Origin: an uncultured Rhodothermales bacterium
Lineage (GTDB): Bacteria > Bacteroidota > Rhodothermia > Rhodothermales > CAYLXM01
Assembly: GCA_964539455.1 (NCBI GenBank)
Contig: CAZIIP010000001.1
Location: 2,380-66,379, forward strand
Length of the DNA: 64,000 nt
Direction: 5' to 3'
Below, piece by piece: positions 12,241 to 21,308 of this stretch (position 1 is the stretch's first letter; every line of letters starts with the position of its first letter). The notes below the pieces were generated by a model. That model made no database searches and was not told the DNA's origin. It saw only the letters and a program-made list of their open reading frames with translations. The translations under genes were made by a program, and so were the position numbers.

Positions 12241-12420
12241 CCTTTTGGCGACGCTTGCGTTATTGGATGGTTACTATGGCTGAAATCGCCAAACAAGGCG
12301 CCGCTACCCGAACTGTATCACCTCGCGGTCGATCCTTTCGAGCAGTCCAACGTAATAGACGAAAATCCCGACAAGGTTGATCGTCTGAAAGAATACATCA
12401 ATTCCTGGTGGACACCCTGA
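12241..12420 (+). pseudogene. 3' remnant of a sulfatase gene
   Basis: The frame open from 12241 reads ...SPNKAPLPELYHLAVDPFEQSNVIDENPDKVDRLKEYINSWWTP*. This is the conserved sulfatase C-terminus pattern (ELY.L..DP.E..N......P..V..L). Stops lie immediately upstream and there is no catalytic domain. Confidence 0.5.
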
Positions 12421-12560
12421 ATGCTTTTCTGCAGTCAGGACGATTAATCAGGCGCTACATAGGGGGTATTTCCCGGTCCTGCGATTCCCTGTTTTTCCTG
12501 GAGCCCTTCCCTGCATTCGACATTTTCTGTTCCGCATACTTATATTTGAAACGAGGTAGG

Positions 12561-12576
12561 TTTAGATACGTCTAAA
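12561..12576. promoter_or_regulatory. candidate metal-repressor operator (16-bp palindrome) abutting the DtxR-family gene
   Basis: TTTAGA-TACG-TCTAAA lies 5 nt before the ATG at 12581 within AGGTAGGTTTAGATACGTCTAAATTAA. The half-site resembles the TTAGGTTAG-type DtxR/IdeR half-site. Confidence 0.4.
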
Positions 12577-12580
12577 TTAA

Positions 12581-13624
12581 ATGTTAGAGCAATCTTTAAT
12601 AGCGCTGCTTGTCGGCCTTGTGCTTGTAGGGTTGATCGGCTGGCTGGTTTGGCCTGATCACGGCTGGCTGGATACGCGACGGCGGATCCGGCGGCAATCC
12701 CTGCGCGTGATGGTCGAGGATGCATTGAAGGCACTTGTGAAGGCCGAAATCGACGGCCGGGAAATGTCGGTGACGGTACTCGGTGGCATCATGCAGGTGG
12801 GCCAGGATACGGTCGCTGCGGTAATTAAGGACATGGAGATGAACGGGTTGGTCGCATGGGTCGATGACCAGCCGGCGCTTACGCCGGAAGGAAGGGAGTA
12901 TGGTCTGCACATGCTACGTGCACACCGTCTGCTGGAGCGCCAACTGGCGGACAGGACGGGACATCGTGAAACGGACTGGCACACCCTTGCCGATCTGCGC
13001 GAGCACGAGCTGACACGGGCCGAGGTGGAGGCGCTTTCGACGGACCTGGGGCATCCTACCCACGATCCGCACGGCGATCCCATTCCGGAGCCCGACGGGT
13101 CGGTCAAACCGCACGGCGGAAAGCCGCTCACACGCTTCGATGCGGGCGACCGTCTGGTGATCGTCCATATCGAGGATGAACCGGAGGCGGTGTACGCGCA
13201 GCTCGTTGCCGAGGAGTTACGACCCGGCATGGAGATCCACGTGCTGTCGAAAACGTCCGAGCGGATCAGCTTCTGGTCGGATGGCGAGGAACACGTTCTC
13301 GCGCCGATTTTGGCCAACAACATATCCGTGGTTCGCCTATCGGAGGAAGAAGCAAGCGAGACGTACGAGGCAAGCAGGCTTTCCGACCTGAAGCCGGGAG
13401 ATTCCGGCCGGGTCATTCGAATCGCAAGAGCAATTCGCGGACCGGAACGCCGCCGCCTGCTCGATCTGGGTCTGACGCCGGGTACGGTTGTGGAGGCCGA
13501 GATACAGGCCATGGGCGGCGATCCAACCGGTTACCGCATCCGCGGCGCAACGATCGCCCTCCGAAAGGAGCAGGCACAGCGTATTCAAATAGCACGAATG
13601 GAAGAAGATGCAGTCACCGAATAA
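12581..13624 (+). CDS. DtxR/MntR-family metal-dependent regulator fused to an extra FeoA domain, with a predicted N-terminal TM helix
   Basis: aa 1-24 are hydrophobic (SLIALLVGLVLVGLIGWLVW), followed by RRRIRRQ. Then a winged-helix part, the dimerisation/metal part (LRAHRLLERQLADRTG...EHELTRAEVEAL...GHPTHDPHGDPIP), an SH3-like domain, and a second FeoA-like SH3 (LSDLKPGDSGRVIRI...LLDLGLTPGTVVEA...IRGATIALRKEQAQRIQI). An alternative start at Met44 (12710) would remove the TM helix. Confidence 0.8.
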   Translation: MLEQSLIALLVGLVLVGLIGWLVWPDHGWLDTRRRIRRQSLRVMVEDALKALVKAEIDGREMSVTVLGGIMQVGQDTVAAVIKDMEMNGLVAWVDDQPALTPEGREYGLHMLRAHRLLERQLADRTGHRETDWHTLADLREHELTRAEVEALSTDLGHPTHDPHGDPIPEPDGSVKPHGGKPLTRFDAGDRLVIVHIEDEPEAVYAQLVAEELRPGMEIHVLSKTSERISFWSDGEEHVLAPILANNISVVRLSEEEASETYEASRLSDLKPGDSGRVIRIARAIRGPERRRLLDLGLTPGTVVEAEIQAMGGDPTGYRIRGATIALRKEQAQRIQIARMEEDAVTE

Positions 13625-14459
13625 ATCACCACATATCGATCCCGGCGCTTGCGGGACCTGCCCTATGTACAACGCCGCAGCACTTCAGAAGCTGGGTGTG
13701 GATACCGGGAACTACGACTTTGTCGTCGCCCTCGCCGGTAATCCGAATACCGGAAAAAGCACCGTTTTTAATGCGCTGACCGGTCTGCGGCAACACACGG
13801 GCAACTGGCCGGGCAAAACGGTCACCCGTGCCGAAGGCGGTTTCGAGTACGGTGGCAGCCGGTACAAACTGGTTGATCTGCCGGGCACCTATTCCTTATT
13901 GGCAACGAGCACGGACGAAGAGGTGGCACGCGATTTTGTGCTCTTCGGGGAGCCGTCGGTCACCATCGTCGTCGTCGATGCCACCCGGCTGCAACGCAAC
14001 CTGAGTCTCGTGCTACAAGTGCTCGAGATCACCGACCGCGTCGTTGTTTGTCTGAACCTCATGGACGAGGCACGAAGACACGGCCTGCGGGTCGACGAAA
14101 AGCGGCTTGCGCGCGATCTGGGTGTACCGGTCATCCCTACGACGGCCCGCTCGGGCGAGGGGCTGGATGAATTACTGAAGGCGGTTCATGAAGTGGCTAC
14201 CGGCGCGTTTGTCGGCAGGCGCTATCGTGTCAAAAGCGAGCCGCCGGAGCTGAAGAAAGCGACGGAAGAGTTGACGAAGGCGATCGAATCGGCTTTCCCG
14301 GGCCTGCCGAACGCCCGGTGGGTTGCGCGAAGACTGCTAGACGGCGATGAGCGCATTGCGGAGGCCGTTAGAACGGGTGAGCTTGGCGAGTTGGGACGGC
14401 TCGATAGCCGCCTCGCTGATCTTGCGGGAGAGAATGGACAAGTAGCGGAGACGCGATGA
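13608..14459 (+). CDS. feoB: ferrous iron transporter FeoB, N-terminal GTPase plus helical domain only (split gene, part 1)
   Basis: G1 motif [17 protein letters not shown]3 DLPGTYSL, G4 NLMDEA. 283 aa with no TM segments. An alternative start at 13665 (MYNAAAL) would avoid the 17-nt overlap with the upstream gene. Confidence 0.85.
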   Translation: MQSPNKSPHIDPGACGTCPMYNAAALQKLGVDTGNYDFVVALAGNPNTGKSTVFNALTGLRQHTGNWPGKTVTRAEGGFEYGGSRYKLVDLPGTYSLLATSTDEEVARDFVLFGEPSVTIVVVDATRLQRNLSLVLQVLEITDRVVVCLNLMDEARRHGLRVDEKRLARDLGVPVIPTTARSGEGLDELLKAVHEVATGAFVGRRYRVKSEPPELKKATEELTKAIESAFPGLPNARWVARRLLDGDERIAEAVRTGELGELGRLDSRLADLAGENGQVAETR

Positions 14460-15883
14460 GTGTTTCTACCGCCGATAACAAACGACTGCTGGATCTGGCG
14501 CAGTCGTTGCGCTGGTCCACGCGTGGAGATCTGCATGAACAGTACGCAGAGGCGTTGTATACCGACGCGGCGCGGATCGTGGATCGTACGGTATCTCGCG
14601 CGGATGAAGCCCCGAAATTCGATGTCGATCGCCTCATTGATCGCATCGTAACCCACAAGTTCTGGGGCGTCCCCATCATGCTCGTGCTCTTTACGCTCGT
14701 CTTCTGGATTACGATCAGCGGGGCCAACGTGCCCTCCAGCATGCTGGCAACCCTGCTGATCGACTGGACCTATCCGGTGCTGAAAGGCGGTGCAGCGAGC
14801 ATTGGATTCCCCTGGTGGCTCGACGGCTTGCTTATCGACGGGATGTATCTCGCCACGGCCTGGGTGATCTCCGTCATGCTGCCTCCGATGGCCATCTTCT
14901 TTCCGCTTTTTACGCTACTGGAAGACTTCGGCTATCTGCCGCGGGTTGCATTCAATCTTGACAGCATGTTCAAACGAGCAGGCGCACACGGCAAACAGTC
15001 CCTTTCGATGATGATGGGATTCGGCTGCAACGCCGCAGGCGTGATATCCACGCGCATTATCGACAGTCCCCGGGAACGGTTGATCGCGATCATTACCAAC
15101 AACTTTGCGCTATGCAACGGACGGTGGCCGACGCAGATACTGGTTGCCAGTCTCTTTATCGGTACGCTCGTGCCGGCCGCGCTCGGGGGATTCATTTCGG
15201 CGCTGGCCGTGATGGGGATCGCCGTTCTGGGCGTGCTCTTTTCCTTTATCGTATCCGCGGGCTTGTCAAAGACCGTGCTCCGCGGAGAGGTGTCGACATT
15301 CAGTCTGGAGCTTCCACCCTATCGCCCGCCACGCATCTGGCAGACGCTGTATACCTCGCTCATCGACCGGACCATCTTCGTGATCTGGCGGGCCATCGTA
15401 TTTGCGCTGCCGGCGGGCGCGGTGATCTGGCTGGTTTCGAATGTGGATGTGGCAGGGCTGAGTCTGGCCGAACACTTCATCAATTTTGTCAAGCCGTTCG
15501 GATTTTTGATCGGACTCAACGGCGTCATTTTACTCGCCTACATCATTGCCATTCCGGCCAATGAGATCGTCATCCCGACCATCCTCATGCTCACCGTGTT
15601 GGTGACAGGTTCAACCGAGCTGGGAGCGGGCGCCGGGGTGATGTTTGAACCGGATTCGGACCTGATCATCAAGGACATTCTAACGGCGGGTGGATGGACG
15701 CTCCTGACGGCCGTCAACCTCATGCTGTTCAGTCTGGTACACAACCCGTGCTCCACCACGATCTACACCATCTTCAAGGAGACCGGAAGCGCGAAGTGGT
15801 CTACTATTTCCGCTCTTCTGCCGGTGGTCATGGGGCTGTTCCTGACGTTCTTTGTCGCGCAGATCTGGCGGTTGCTGGTTTGA
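14456..15883 (+). CDS. feoB: ferrous iron transporter FeoB, membrane permease domain (split gene, part 2)
   Basis: ATGA start/stop overlap with part 1. About 70 cytoplasmic aa are followed by multiple TM helices and FeoB gate motifs ([30 protein letters not shown]). Confidence 0.85.
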   Translation: MSVSTADNKRLLDLAQSLRWSTRGDLHEQYAEALYTDAARIVDRTVSRADEAPKFDVDRLIDRIVTHKFWGVPIMLVLFTLVFWITISGANVPSSMLATLLIDWTYPVLKGGAASIGFPWWLDGLLIDGMYLATAWVISVMLPPMAIFFPLFTLLEDFGYLPRVAFNLDSMFKRAGAHGKQSLSMMMGFGCNAAGVISTRIIDSPRERLIAIITNNFALCNGRWPTQILVASLFIGTLVPAALGGFISALAVMGIAVLGVLFSFIVSAGLSKTVLRGEVSTFSLELPPYRPPRIWQTLYTSLIDRTIFVIWRAIVFALPAGAVIWLVSNVDVAGLSLAEHFINFVKPFGFLIGLNGVILLAYIIAIPANEIVIPTILMLTVLVTGSTELGAGAGVMFEPDSDLIIKDILTAGGWTLLTAVNLMLFSLVHNPCSTTIYTIFKETGSAKWSTISALLPVVMGLFLTFFVAQIWRLLV

Positions 15884-15970
15884 GAGGAGCGCAGCAAGGC
15901 AGGCCACTCGGCAGCTGTATACCCGATGGATTACGACAAGCTGATCACTCACCCGGATAGCCGACTACTC

Positions 15971-16606
15971 CTATTCGTCCTCCTCATCTTCATCTTCCTC
16001 ATCCTCCTCTTCGTCGGCATCGTACGGCGGCAACTCTTGTGAAACGCCGTTCAACAGCACTTCGTGCGGTTTGAGAACCGGTTTAAAGATCCATTTGCCG
16101 CTGTTTCCAGCCTTGATGAACGATTCGGAAAGGTCGAAGTCCACCGTCACCTCAGCGTCTGCCGCTCCGTCCAATTCCATTGCCGGAAAAAGAATTTTGA
16201 TTCCGGAGGCATGCCCTCCAGGTACCTTCAGTACCGATTCCGTTCCATCAACAAAGATGACGCGGGCTTCCTGTGCAACCCGGATGCGCAATTGGTGAAC
16301 CATGCCGGGGGCTACCGCCGCGGTTGCCAGCGTCACAGAGTAGCCGTCCTGCAGTTCGACAAGATCGTACTCCTGCTCGACCTCGGAAATCCAGTTCACA
16401 CCGCCTTGCCCTACGACGGCGACGCCCGTGATGGTCACGTAGGCATGTTCGATTTCATCCAGCGCGTCGTCTACCATTTTCACGACCAGACGCGCTTCAT
16501 CCGTGGCAGAGCGGTCACCGCTGAATGCCGATATCAGGCGGTCGCAGCCGGCGATAATCAGCAGCAATGGCACCAACAGGAGAACAACTCTCGTCCAGAT
16601 TTTCAT
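15971..16606 (-). CDS. DUF4382-like lipoprotein with poly-acidic C-terminal tail
   Basis: Lipobox LLIIAGC. The pattern MVDDALDEIEHAYVTITGVAVV..GGVNWI...YDLVELQDG....APGMVHQLRIRV...DGTESVLKVPGGHASGIKI....VTVDFDLSESF fits my recollection of DUF4382. The tail is DADEEEDEEDEDEEDE. Confidence 0.55.
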   Translation of the reverse strand: MKIWTRVVLLLVPLLLIIAGCDRLISAFSGDRSATDEARLVVKMVDDALDEIEHAYVTITGVAVVGQGGVNWISEVEQEYDLVELQDGYSVTLATAAVAPGMVHQLRIRVAQEARVIFVDGTESVLKVPGGHASGIKILFPAMELDGAADAEVTVDFDLSESFIKAGNSGKWIFKPVLKPHEVLLNGVSQELPPYDADEEEDEEDEDEEDE

Positions 16607-16815
16607 CGTGTACCTCTCATTTTGATGAATAGACGGACAAGTAAAGTAACAGATACAATATAAAATAGCGACTTATGACTATATCGCTGATCGGATACCT
16701 GTCTGTAGAAGGCTCATTATAAGCACAGGCGAGTGCTATGAACTATCGATTGAAGGTCACAGCCGCGCGGATGAAGATGGAGCACGTTACAATCGGGCGT
16801 AAACAGCGTGTTTGC

Positions 16816-17874
16816 CTAGCCTGCATTTTTAAGGGCGGCAAAACACATCTCGAGGCTCTTCAGGTTGTCCCGTGCATTGTTAAACGGCACCCGGTCCTCC
16901 TCGATGGCGCAGAGCAATTCGCCCATCGTCCCTTCGAATCCGGATTCAAACCAGCAACCTTCGAGTTCGGGTTGGGCGTAGCCTTCTTCCGTCCAAAGAC
17001 CTACCTGCTGGTTATTTAGTTCGGGACCCCAGGCGCGGAGTGTACCCTTGTTGCCGCAGACGATCGTCCGGTCCTCCTGACCGTGCACAACGTGGGCGTT
17101 AAAGGACATGCGCACCTGTACCCCTTTGAACGTCATCATCACCTGCGCCAAAAACGGGGGCTTCATCTTCTGATAGTTCGTACGCGTCACCTCCGCGTGG
17201 AGGGTCCGGGGCATTTGGCCATCCAGAAAGGCATTGGTGATGTCAAACCAGTGCACGCCGAAGTCATAGAGCACGAGGTGGTGAATCTCCTCGAACGGCG
17301 TACCGGCCGTCCAGGTATGGTCGAACTGCATGTTGTAGTCGATGCTGGAAACCTCTCCTATCAATCCCGCCCGTATGGCTTTGTTGATCCACGAAAAATG
17401 CGGCGCCCAGCGTCCGTTCTGGTTTACCGCAAGCGTCACGCCTTTCTCATCCGCCAGATCGCAGATGCGTTTCCCCTCATCGAGATCTACCACAAACGGC
17501 TTCTGACTCAAGACGTGTTTTCGCGCCTCAATCGCGGCCTTGACGATCGGCATGCGTGCCTCGGGGTGCGTGGCCGCATCGACGACCTCGATCCGGTCGT
17601 CTCGAAGCAAATCGCGGTAGTCCGAATAGACCCGTCCGTCCGGGTTGTAGGCATCCCGGCGCTGTTTTGCCCGTGCTTCATCGACGTCGCAAAAGGCGAC
17701 GACCTCCTGGCCGAGCACCTTGTAGGCTTCCAGGTGGTATTCGCTGATTCCTCCACAACCGATGAGGCCGATCGGGGGGCTGTATGAGTTGGGAATGGGT
17801 GGTCGATAGTCCAGGTCCGGAGCCGGAATGCGCTCGGCATCCCTTATTTTTTCCATTCCGTATGCGTCAGTCAT
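16816..17874 (-). CDS. Gfo/Idh/MocA-family NAD(P)-dependent oxidoreductase
   Basis: N-terminal Rossmann IGLIGCGGISEYHLEAY; EKP-type motif LSQKPF; C-terminal alpha/beta domain. Confidence 0.85.
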   Translation of the reverse strand: MTDAYGMEKIRDAERIPAPDLDYRPPIPNSYSPPIGLIGCGGISEYHLEAYKVLGQEVVAFCDVDEARAKQRRDAYNPDGRVYSDYRDLLRDDRIEVVDAATHPEARMPIVKAAIEARKHVLSQKPFVVDLDEGKRICDLADEKGVTLAVNQNGRWAPHFSWINKAIRAGLIGEVSSIDYNMQFDHTWTAGTPFEEIHHLVLYDFGVHWFDITNAFLDGQMPRTLHAEVTRTNYQKMKPPFLAQVMMTFKGVQVRMSFNAHVVHGQEDRTIVCGNKGTLRAWGPELNNQQVGLWTEEGYAQPELEGCWFESGFEGTMGELLCAIEEDRVPFNNARDNLKSLEMCFAALKNAG

Positions 17875-17886
17875 CTTCCTATTTAT

Positions 17887-18960
17887 TTAGGATACCAGCG
17901 GAAGCGTCCGCTTCTGTTCAGCGCTCTGGTAGGCCGTATCGACTATTTGCTGACCGATGCGAGCGATTTCCGGTGACAGCGGTCCGTCGACCGGACGATC
18001 GTTGGCAATGCAGTCGATGAAGTACGGCATCGCGGCATTGTTCGGCGGGACGAGCTCATCGACGGGTATCTCCTCTCCTTCCGGCGTTTCACGGGTTTGT
18101 AGCCGAACCGTCGGCTCGAAGTCGTAGCTACTCAGCGTGCCGTCCGATCCCTTCAGGACGAATCCGCACTTCGGCTGCGGCTGGAGCGTCCACGGATCGC
18201 TGAAGGTCCCCCACCGGGTTTCGAACTTGGACAGTCCGCAGTCATAGCGACAGATGGTGATGCTGTGTTCATCCACCTCCAGCCCTTCGCTTTCGTCCCA
18301 CATGCAGGTCACTTCGATCGGCGCTTTCCCTTTGTGGTACCAGGTGCCAAGCGTGGTCCCGTAACCCAGATAGTCGAGCAGCGAGCCGCCCCCTCTATCC
18401 TTTTTATAGAACCAGCTCTCTGCCTTCATCTCGGTGGTGGGTGTGGTTTCGATCTTGTCGGCCGTGTGATAGAGCGGTCCCCGGTTGCCGTCGTAGAAAT
18501 GGACCTCGATCACCTCGCCGATTTTTCCTTCGTCCACCAGTCTTTTTGCCGTCACATGCGGATGGTACCAGCGAAGGGGCCAGTTGATGGCTAGTTGTTT
18601 CCCGGTGTCGGCCGTGGCGGCGATCATTCGGTCGGCCTCGGGCAACGAGGCGGCGAAGGGTTTTTCCATCAGGATGTGCACCCCGTATGGTGCCACCTTT
18701 TCAACCCAGTCGCCGTGTTCAGAGGCCGCCGGACAAAGGATGACGATGTCGGGGACGGTTTTCTCCAGGCACTTGCGGTAATCGGTAAACACCTGATCAT
18801 CCGAAAGGCCGAAATTCGATTTGGCACTTGCCATCCGTTCCGGTTGTTCATCCGCAATACCAACGATTTCGGCATTGGGATGGTCGAAGACCTCCCGCAG
18901 GAGGTCTCCCATATGGAAGTGATCGAAGTTGACTCCGGCAACACGCCAGGTTTTACTCAT
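17887..18960 (-). CDS. Gfo/Idh/MocA-family NAD(P)-dependent oxidoreductase (paralogue)
   Basis: WRVAGVNFDHFHMGDLL, ILMEKPFAASL. 12-nt gap to the downstream paralogue. Confidence 0.85.
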   Translation of the reverse strand: MSKTWRVAGVNFDHFHMGDLLREVFDHPNAEIVGIADEQPERMASAKSNFGLSDDQVFTDYRKCLEKTVPDIVILCPAASEHGDWVEKVAPYGVHILMEKPFAASLPEADRMIAATADTGKQLAINWPLRWYHPHVTAKRLVDEGKIGEVIEVHFYDGNRGPLYHTADKIETTPTTEMKAESWFYKKDRGGGSLLDYLGYGTTLGTWYHKGKAPIEVTCMWDESEGLEVDEHSITICRYDCGLSKFETRWGTFSDPWTLQPQPKCGFVLKGSDGTLSSYDFEPTVRLQTRETPEGEEIPVDELVPPNNAAMPYFIDCIANDRPVDGPLSPEIARIGQQIVDTAYQSAEQKRTLPLVS

Positions 18961-19131
18961 CTTTATTCCCCCGATAATCTATTCGCATCCAGTATGTGAT
19001 TTCAGCTAGTCGATGACGATCCTTATGCGCCATTGATTCTTTTGCATTATAGCCCATCGATATCGGCCCTTCAACCCGGATCAGCGACCGAGCGGTTATC
19101 CGGGTTCAGTGGTTGTTCCTTGATCATGTGG

Positions 19132-19446
19132 TTATTCCTTGATCATGACGAGCAGCATCTTGAAGTTTGTTGTCGCCTGAATCGCATGCGGAATGTTGGC
19201 GGGAAGCGTGAGGCATTCGCCTTTTCCGGCTTCATGCGAGGCGTCTCCAACCGCAATAGTCGCATTGCCCTCCAGAACGTAAATCCAGGCATCAAACGGT
19301 GCCGTGTGTTCGCTGAGCCCCTCCCCTTCGGAGAAGGCAAACAGTGTGATGTTGCCGGTTTGCTTTTTCAGTACCTGGCGACTGACGACGGATCCGGATT
19401 GGTAGTCAACGAGCGTGGCGAGCGTTTGAACGGCGCTTTCATTCAT
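19132..19446 (-). CDS. cupin-domain protein
   Basis: 104 aa with a single cupin barrel (GLSEHTAPFDAWIYVLEGNATIAVGD...LTLPANIPHAIQA). Confidence 0.75.
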   Translation of the reverse strand: MNESAVQTLATLVDYQSGSVVSRQVLKKQTGNITLFAFSEGEGLSEHTAPFDAWIYVLEGNATIAVGDASHEAGKGECLTLPANIPHAIQATTNFKMLLVMIKE

Positions 19447-19662
19447 GCGTGTCTATGGCTATTTCGGCGATGTACTATTGGAATGTGATTCCGTGGCATA
19501 CTCCACTCTACGATACCCATTGTCCGGAGCACAGACAAATTCACGGGCCGGCATTCGTCCTCCCAACGTTTTTCGAATTGGCACCGCTTTCACCTTGCGA
19601 GGGGATCCGCTGAGTAGCATTCCGGAGTAGAAGTGGACGCTTTCACCATCTCTCGACAAATC

Positions 19663-20490
19663 ATGACCCGCAAGATTCTTGTTGTTCTTCCGGCCCTGCT
19701 GCTGAGTCTGCCGGCACTGCAGGCCCATGACATGTTTCTGAAGCTGAAAACCTATTTCCTGCCGTCGGCCACATCGGTGTCTGTCGCTTTGATCAACGGC
19801 ACCTTCGAAGAAAGCGGGAATGCGATTGCACGCAACCGGATGATCGATGTGACGATTGCCGGGCCGGGCGCGGAGAGGATGTTTCCCGATACCACGCAGT
19901 GGCATGACGAGGACAGCACCGCCTATTTGTCGTTTACTACCGGAGCCCCCGGCACGTATACGGCGGGCGTGTCGACCGCGCCGAGGGTGATAGAACTGAG
20001 TGCCGAGGATTTCAACGAGTACCTGCAGCATGACGGTGTGCTGGATGTTCTCGAAAAACGCAGGGAAGAAGAAACGCTTGACCTCTCCGCCGCAGAACGG
20101 TACTCCAAGCACGTAAAAGCGGTCTTTCAGGTAGGTGATGAGCGTAGCGGCGCTTACGATGCGGAATTTAGCTATCCCGTCGAAATCATCCCGCAGGAGA
20201 ATCCGTACGAGCTTTCAATGGGGGACGAACTGGAAGTGCTCGTATTGCTACGGGGCGTACCGCTGGCGAACCAGCTCGTCTACGCCAGTCACGAGGGGTA
20301 TCACGGTCATGACGAAACCGGCGCCCACATCGAGGCGGTCAAGACGCGAACGGACGAAAACGGAAGGGCCACCATTCCCCTGTCTGAAATCGGGCGCTGG
20401 TACGTTCGGCTCATCCACATGGCGGAAGTAGACGAAGACGAAGTGGACTACGAGTCCAACTGGGCGACGCTGACGTTCGAGGTGCGGTAG
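19663..20490 (+). CDS. DUF4198-like periplasmic beta-sandwich protein
   Basis: Start moved to MTRKILVVLPALLLSLPALQAHDMFLK (signal peptide, mature HD start). The overall pattern recalls DUF4198 / metal-uptake-associated periplasmic proteins. Confidence 0.6.
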   Translation: MTRKILVVLPALLLSLPALQAHDMFLKLKTYFLPSATSVSVALINGTFEESGNAIARNRMIDVTIAGPGAERMFPDTTQWHDEDSTAYLSFTTGAPGTYTAGVSTAPRVIELSAEDFNEYLQHDGVLDVLEKRREEETLDLSAAERYSKHVKAVFQVGDERSGAYDAEFSYPVEIIPQENPYELSMGDELEVLVLLRGVPLANQLVYASHEGYHGHDETGAHIEAVKTRTDENGRATIPLSEIGRWYVRLIHMAEVDEDEVDYESNWATLTFEVR

Positions 20491-20498
20491 GACCGGTA

Positions 20499-21245
20499 TT
20501 ACCGTCCAGCCAGCAATTCCTTGATACGGGCTACTCGTCTTCTCGCCACGGGAAGCTCTGCACCGTCCTTTGTCTTGACAAGATAGCCTCCGTCGAACCA
20601 CTTGGTAAGTTCGATGACGGTTTCTGCGTTTACGAGATAGGATCGATGGATACGTAGAAAGCGCTCGGGATCAAGCCTCCGTTCCAGTTCGTCGAGCGTG
20701 AAGTCTACGATGTGCCGTTCGGAGCCGAGATTGGCAAAAACAACTTTCTGATCCGCCTCGAAACAGATCACTTCTTCGACCGGGAGCACACGCAATCGCC
20801 GGCCGACTTTGACCGTAAGACGCTTCAGAGGAGAGGTCCCCCTTAGTCTCCCGATTGGATTCGGATGTGCTGATGGGCCATCTTCCGGACGAATCCTCGC
20901 CAACGTATCGTTCAGTCGCCGCAGGCGAACGGGCTTGGTGAGGTAGTCCACCGCATGCACCTCAAAAGCCTTCAGGGCATAACTGTCGTACGCTGTTACG
21001 AAAACGATATGCGGAGCCGGATCAGGCAGAAGATCCACCACATCAAACCCGTCAAGACCCGGCATCTGGACATCGAGAAACAGGACGTCCGGCTCGAGAT
21101 CGTTGATGAGAGACAATGCCTCCTCTCCACTGCCGGCCTCTCCAAGAATATGTACCTGAAACTCCGATTCCTGGAGCAAAAGCCGAAGCCGGTCCCTCGC
21201 GGGGGGCTCATCATCAACAATCATACATTTGATGGGTATCGACAA
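20499..21245 (-). CDS. LytTR-family response regulator
   Basis: Receiver domain (IVDDEPPARDRL...DVLFLDVQMPGLDG...TAYDSYALKAF) plus a LytTR DNA-binding domain (IHRSYLVN). TTG start at 21245; the alternative ATG at 21224 gives a very short beta-1 strand. Confidence 0.9.
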   Translation of the reverse strand: MSIPIKCMIVDDEPPARDRLRLLLQESEFQVHILGEAGSGEEALSLINDLEPDVLFLDVQMPGLDGFDVVDLLPDPAPHIVFVTAYDSYALKAFEVHAVDYLTKPVRLRRLNDTLARIRPEDGPSAHPNPIGRLRGTSPLKRLTVKVGRRLRVLPVEEVICFEADQKVVFANLGSERHIVDFTLDELERRLDPERFLRIHRSYLVNAETVIELTKWFDGGYLVKTKDGAELPVARRRVARIKELLAGR

Positions 21246-21308
21246 GGTATACGGCGTTTTCCCGAAAGATAGCGTCGCGACGGCCGCATACCATAGAGAA
21301 GCCAGGGC

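Noticed and set aside
12658-13512. 284-aa minus-strand ORF
   Set aside because: It lies entirely antisense to the DtxR-FeoA gene, which has clear family motifs. The product is Ser/Arg/Pro-rich with low complexity, typical of high-GC antisense frames.
13608-15883. Split feoB as a simple frameshift pseudogene
   Set aside because: The break is at the natural G-domain/permease boundary, and the two frames are joined by an ATGA overlap typical of translational coupling. Both parts are intact, so I kept them as two genes. Only read-level data can exclude a sequencing error.
16064-20112. Shadow ORFs 16064..16663 (+), 17083..17787 (+), 18595..18999 (+) and 19459..20112 (-)
   Set aside because: Each is antisense to a gene with clear family features (DUF4382-like, the Gfo/Idh/MocA pair, DUF4198-like). 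None has motifs of its own.
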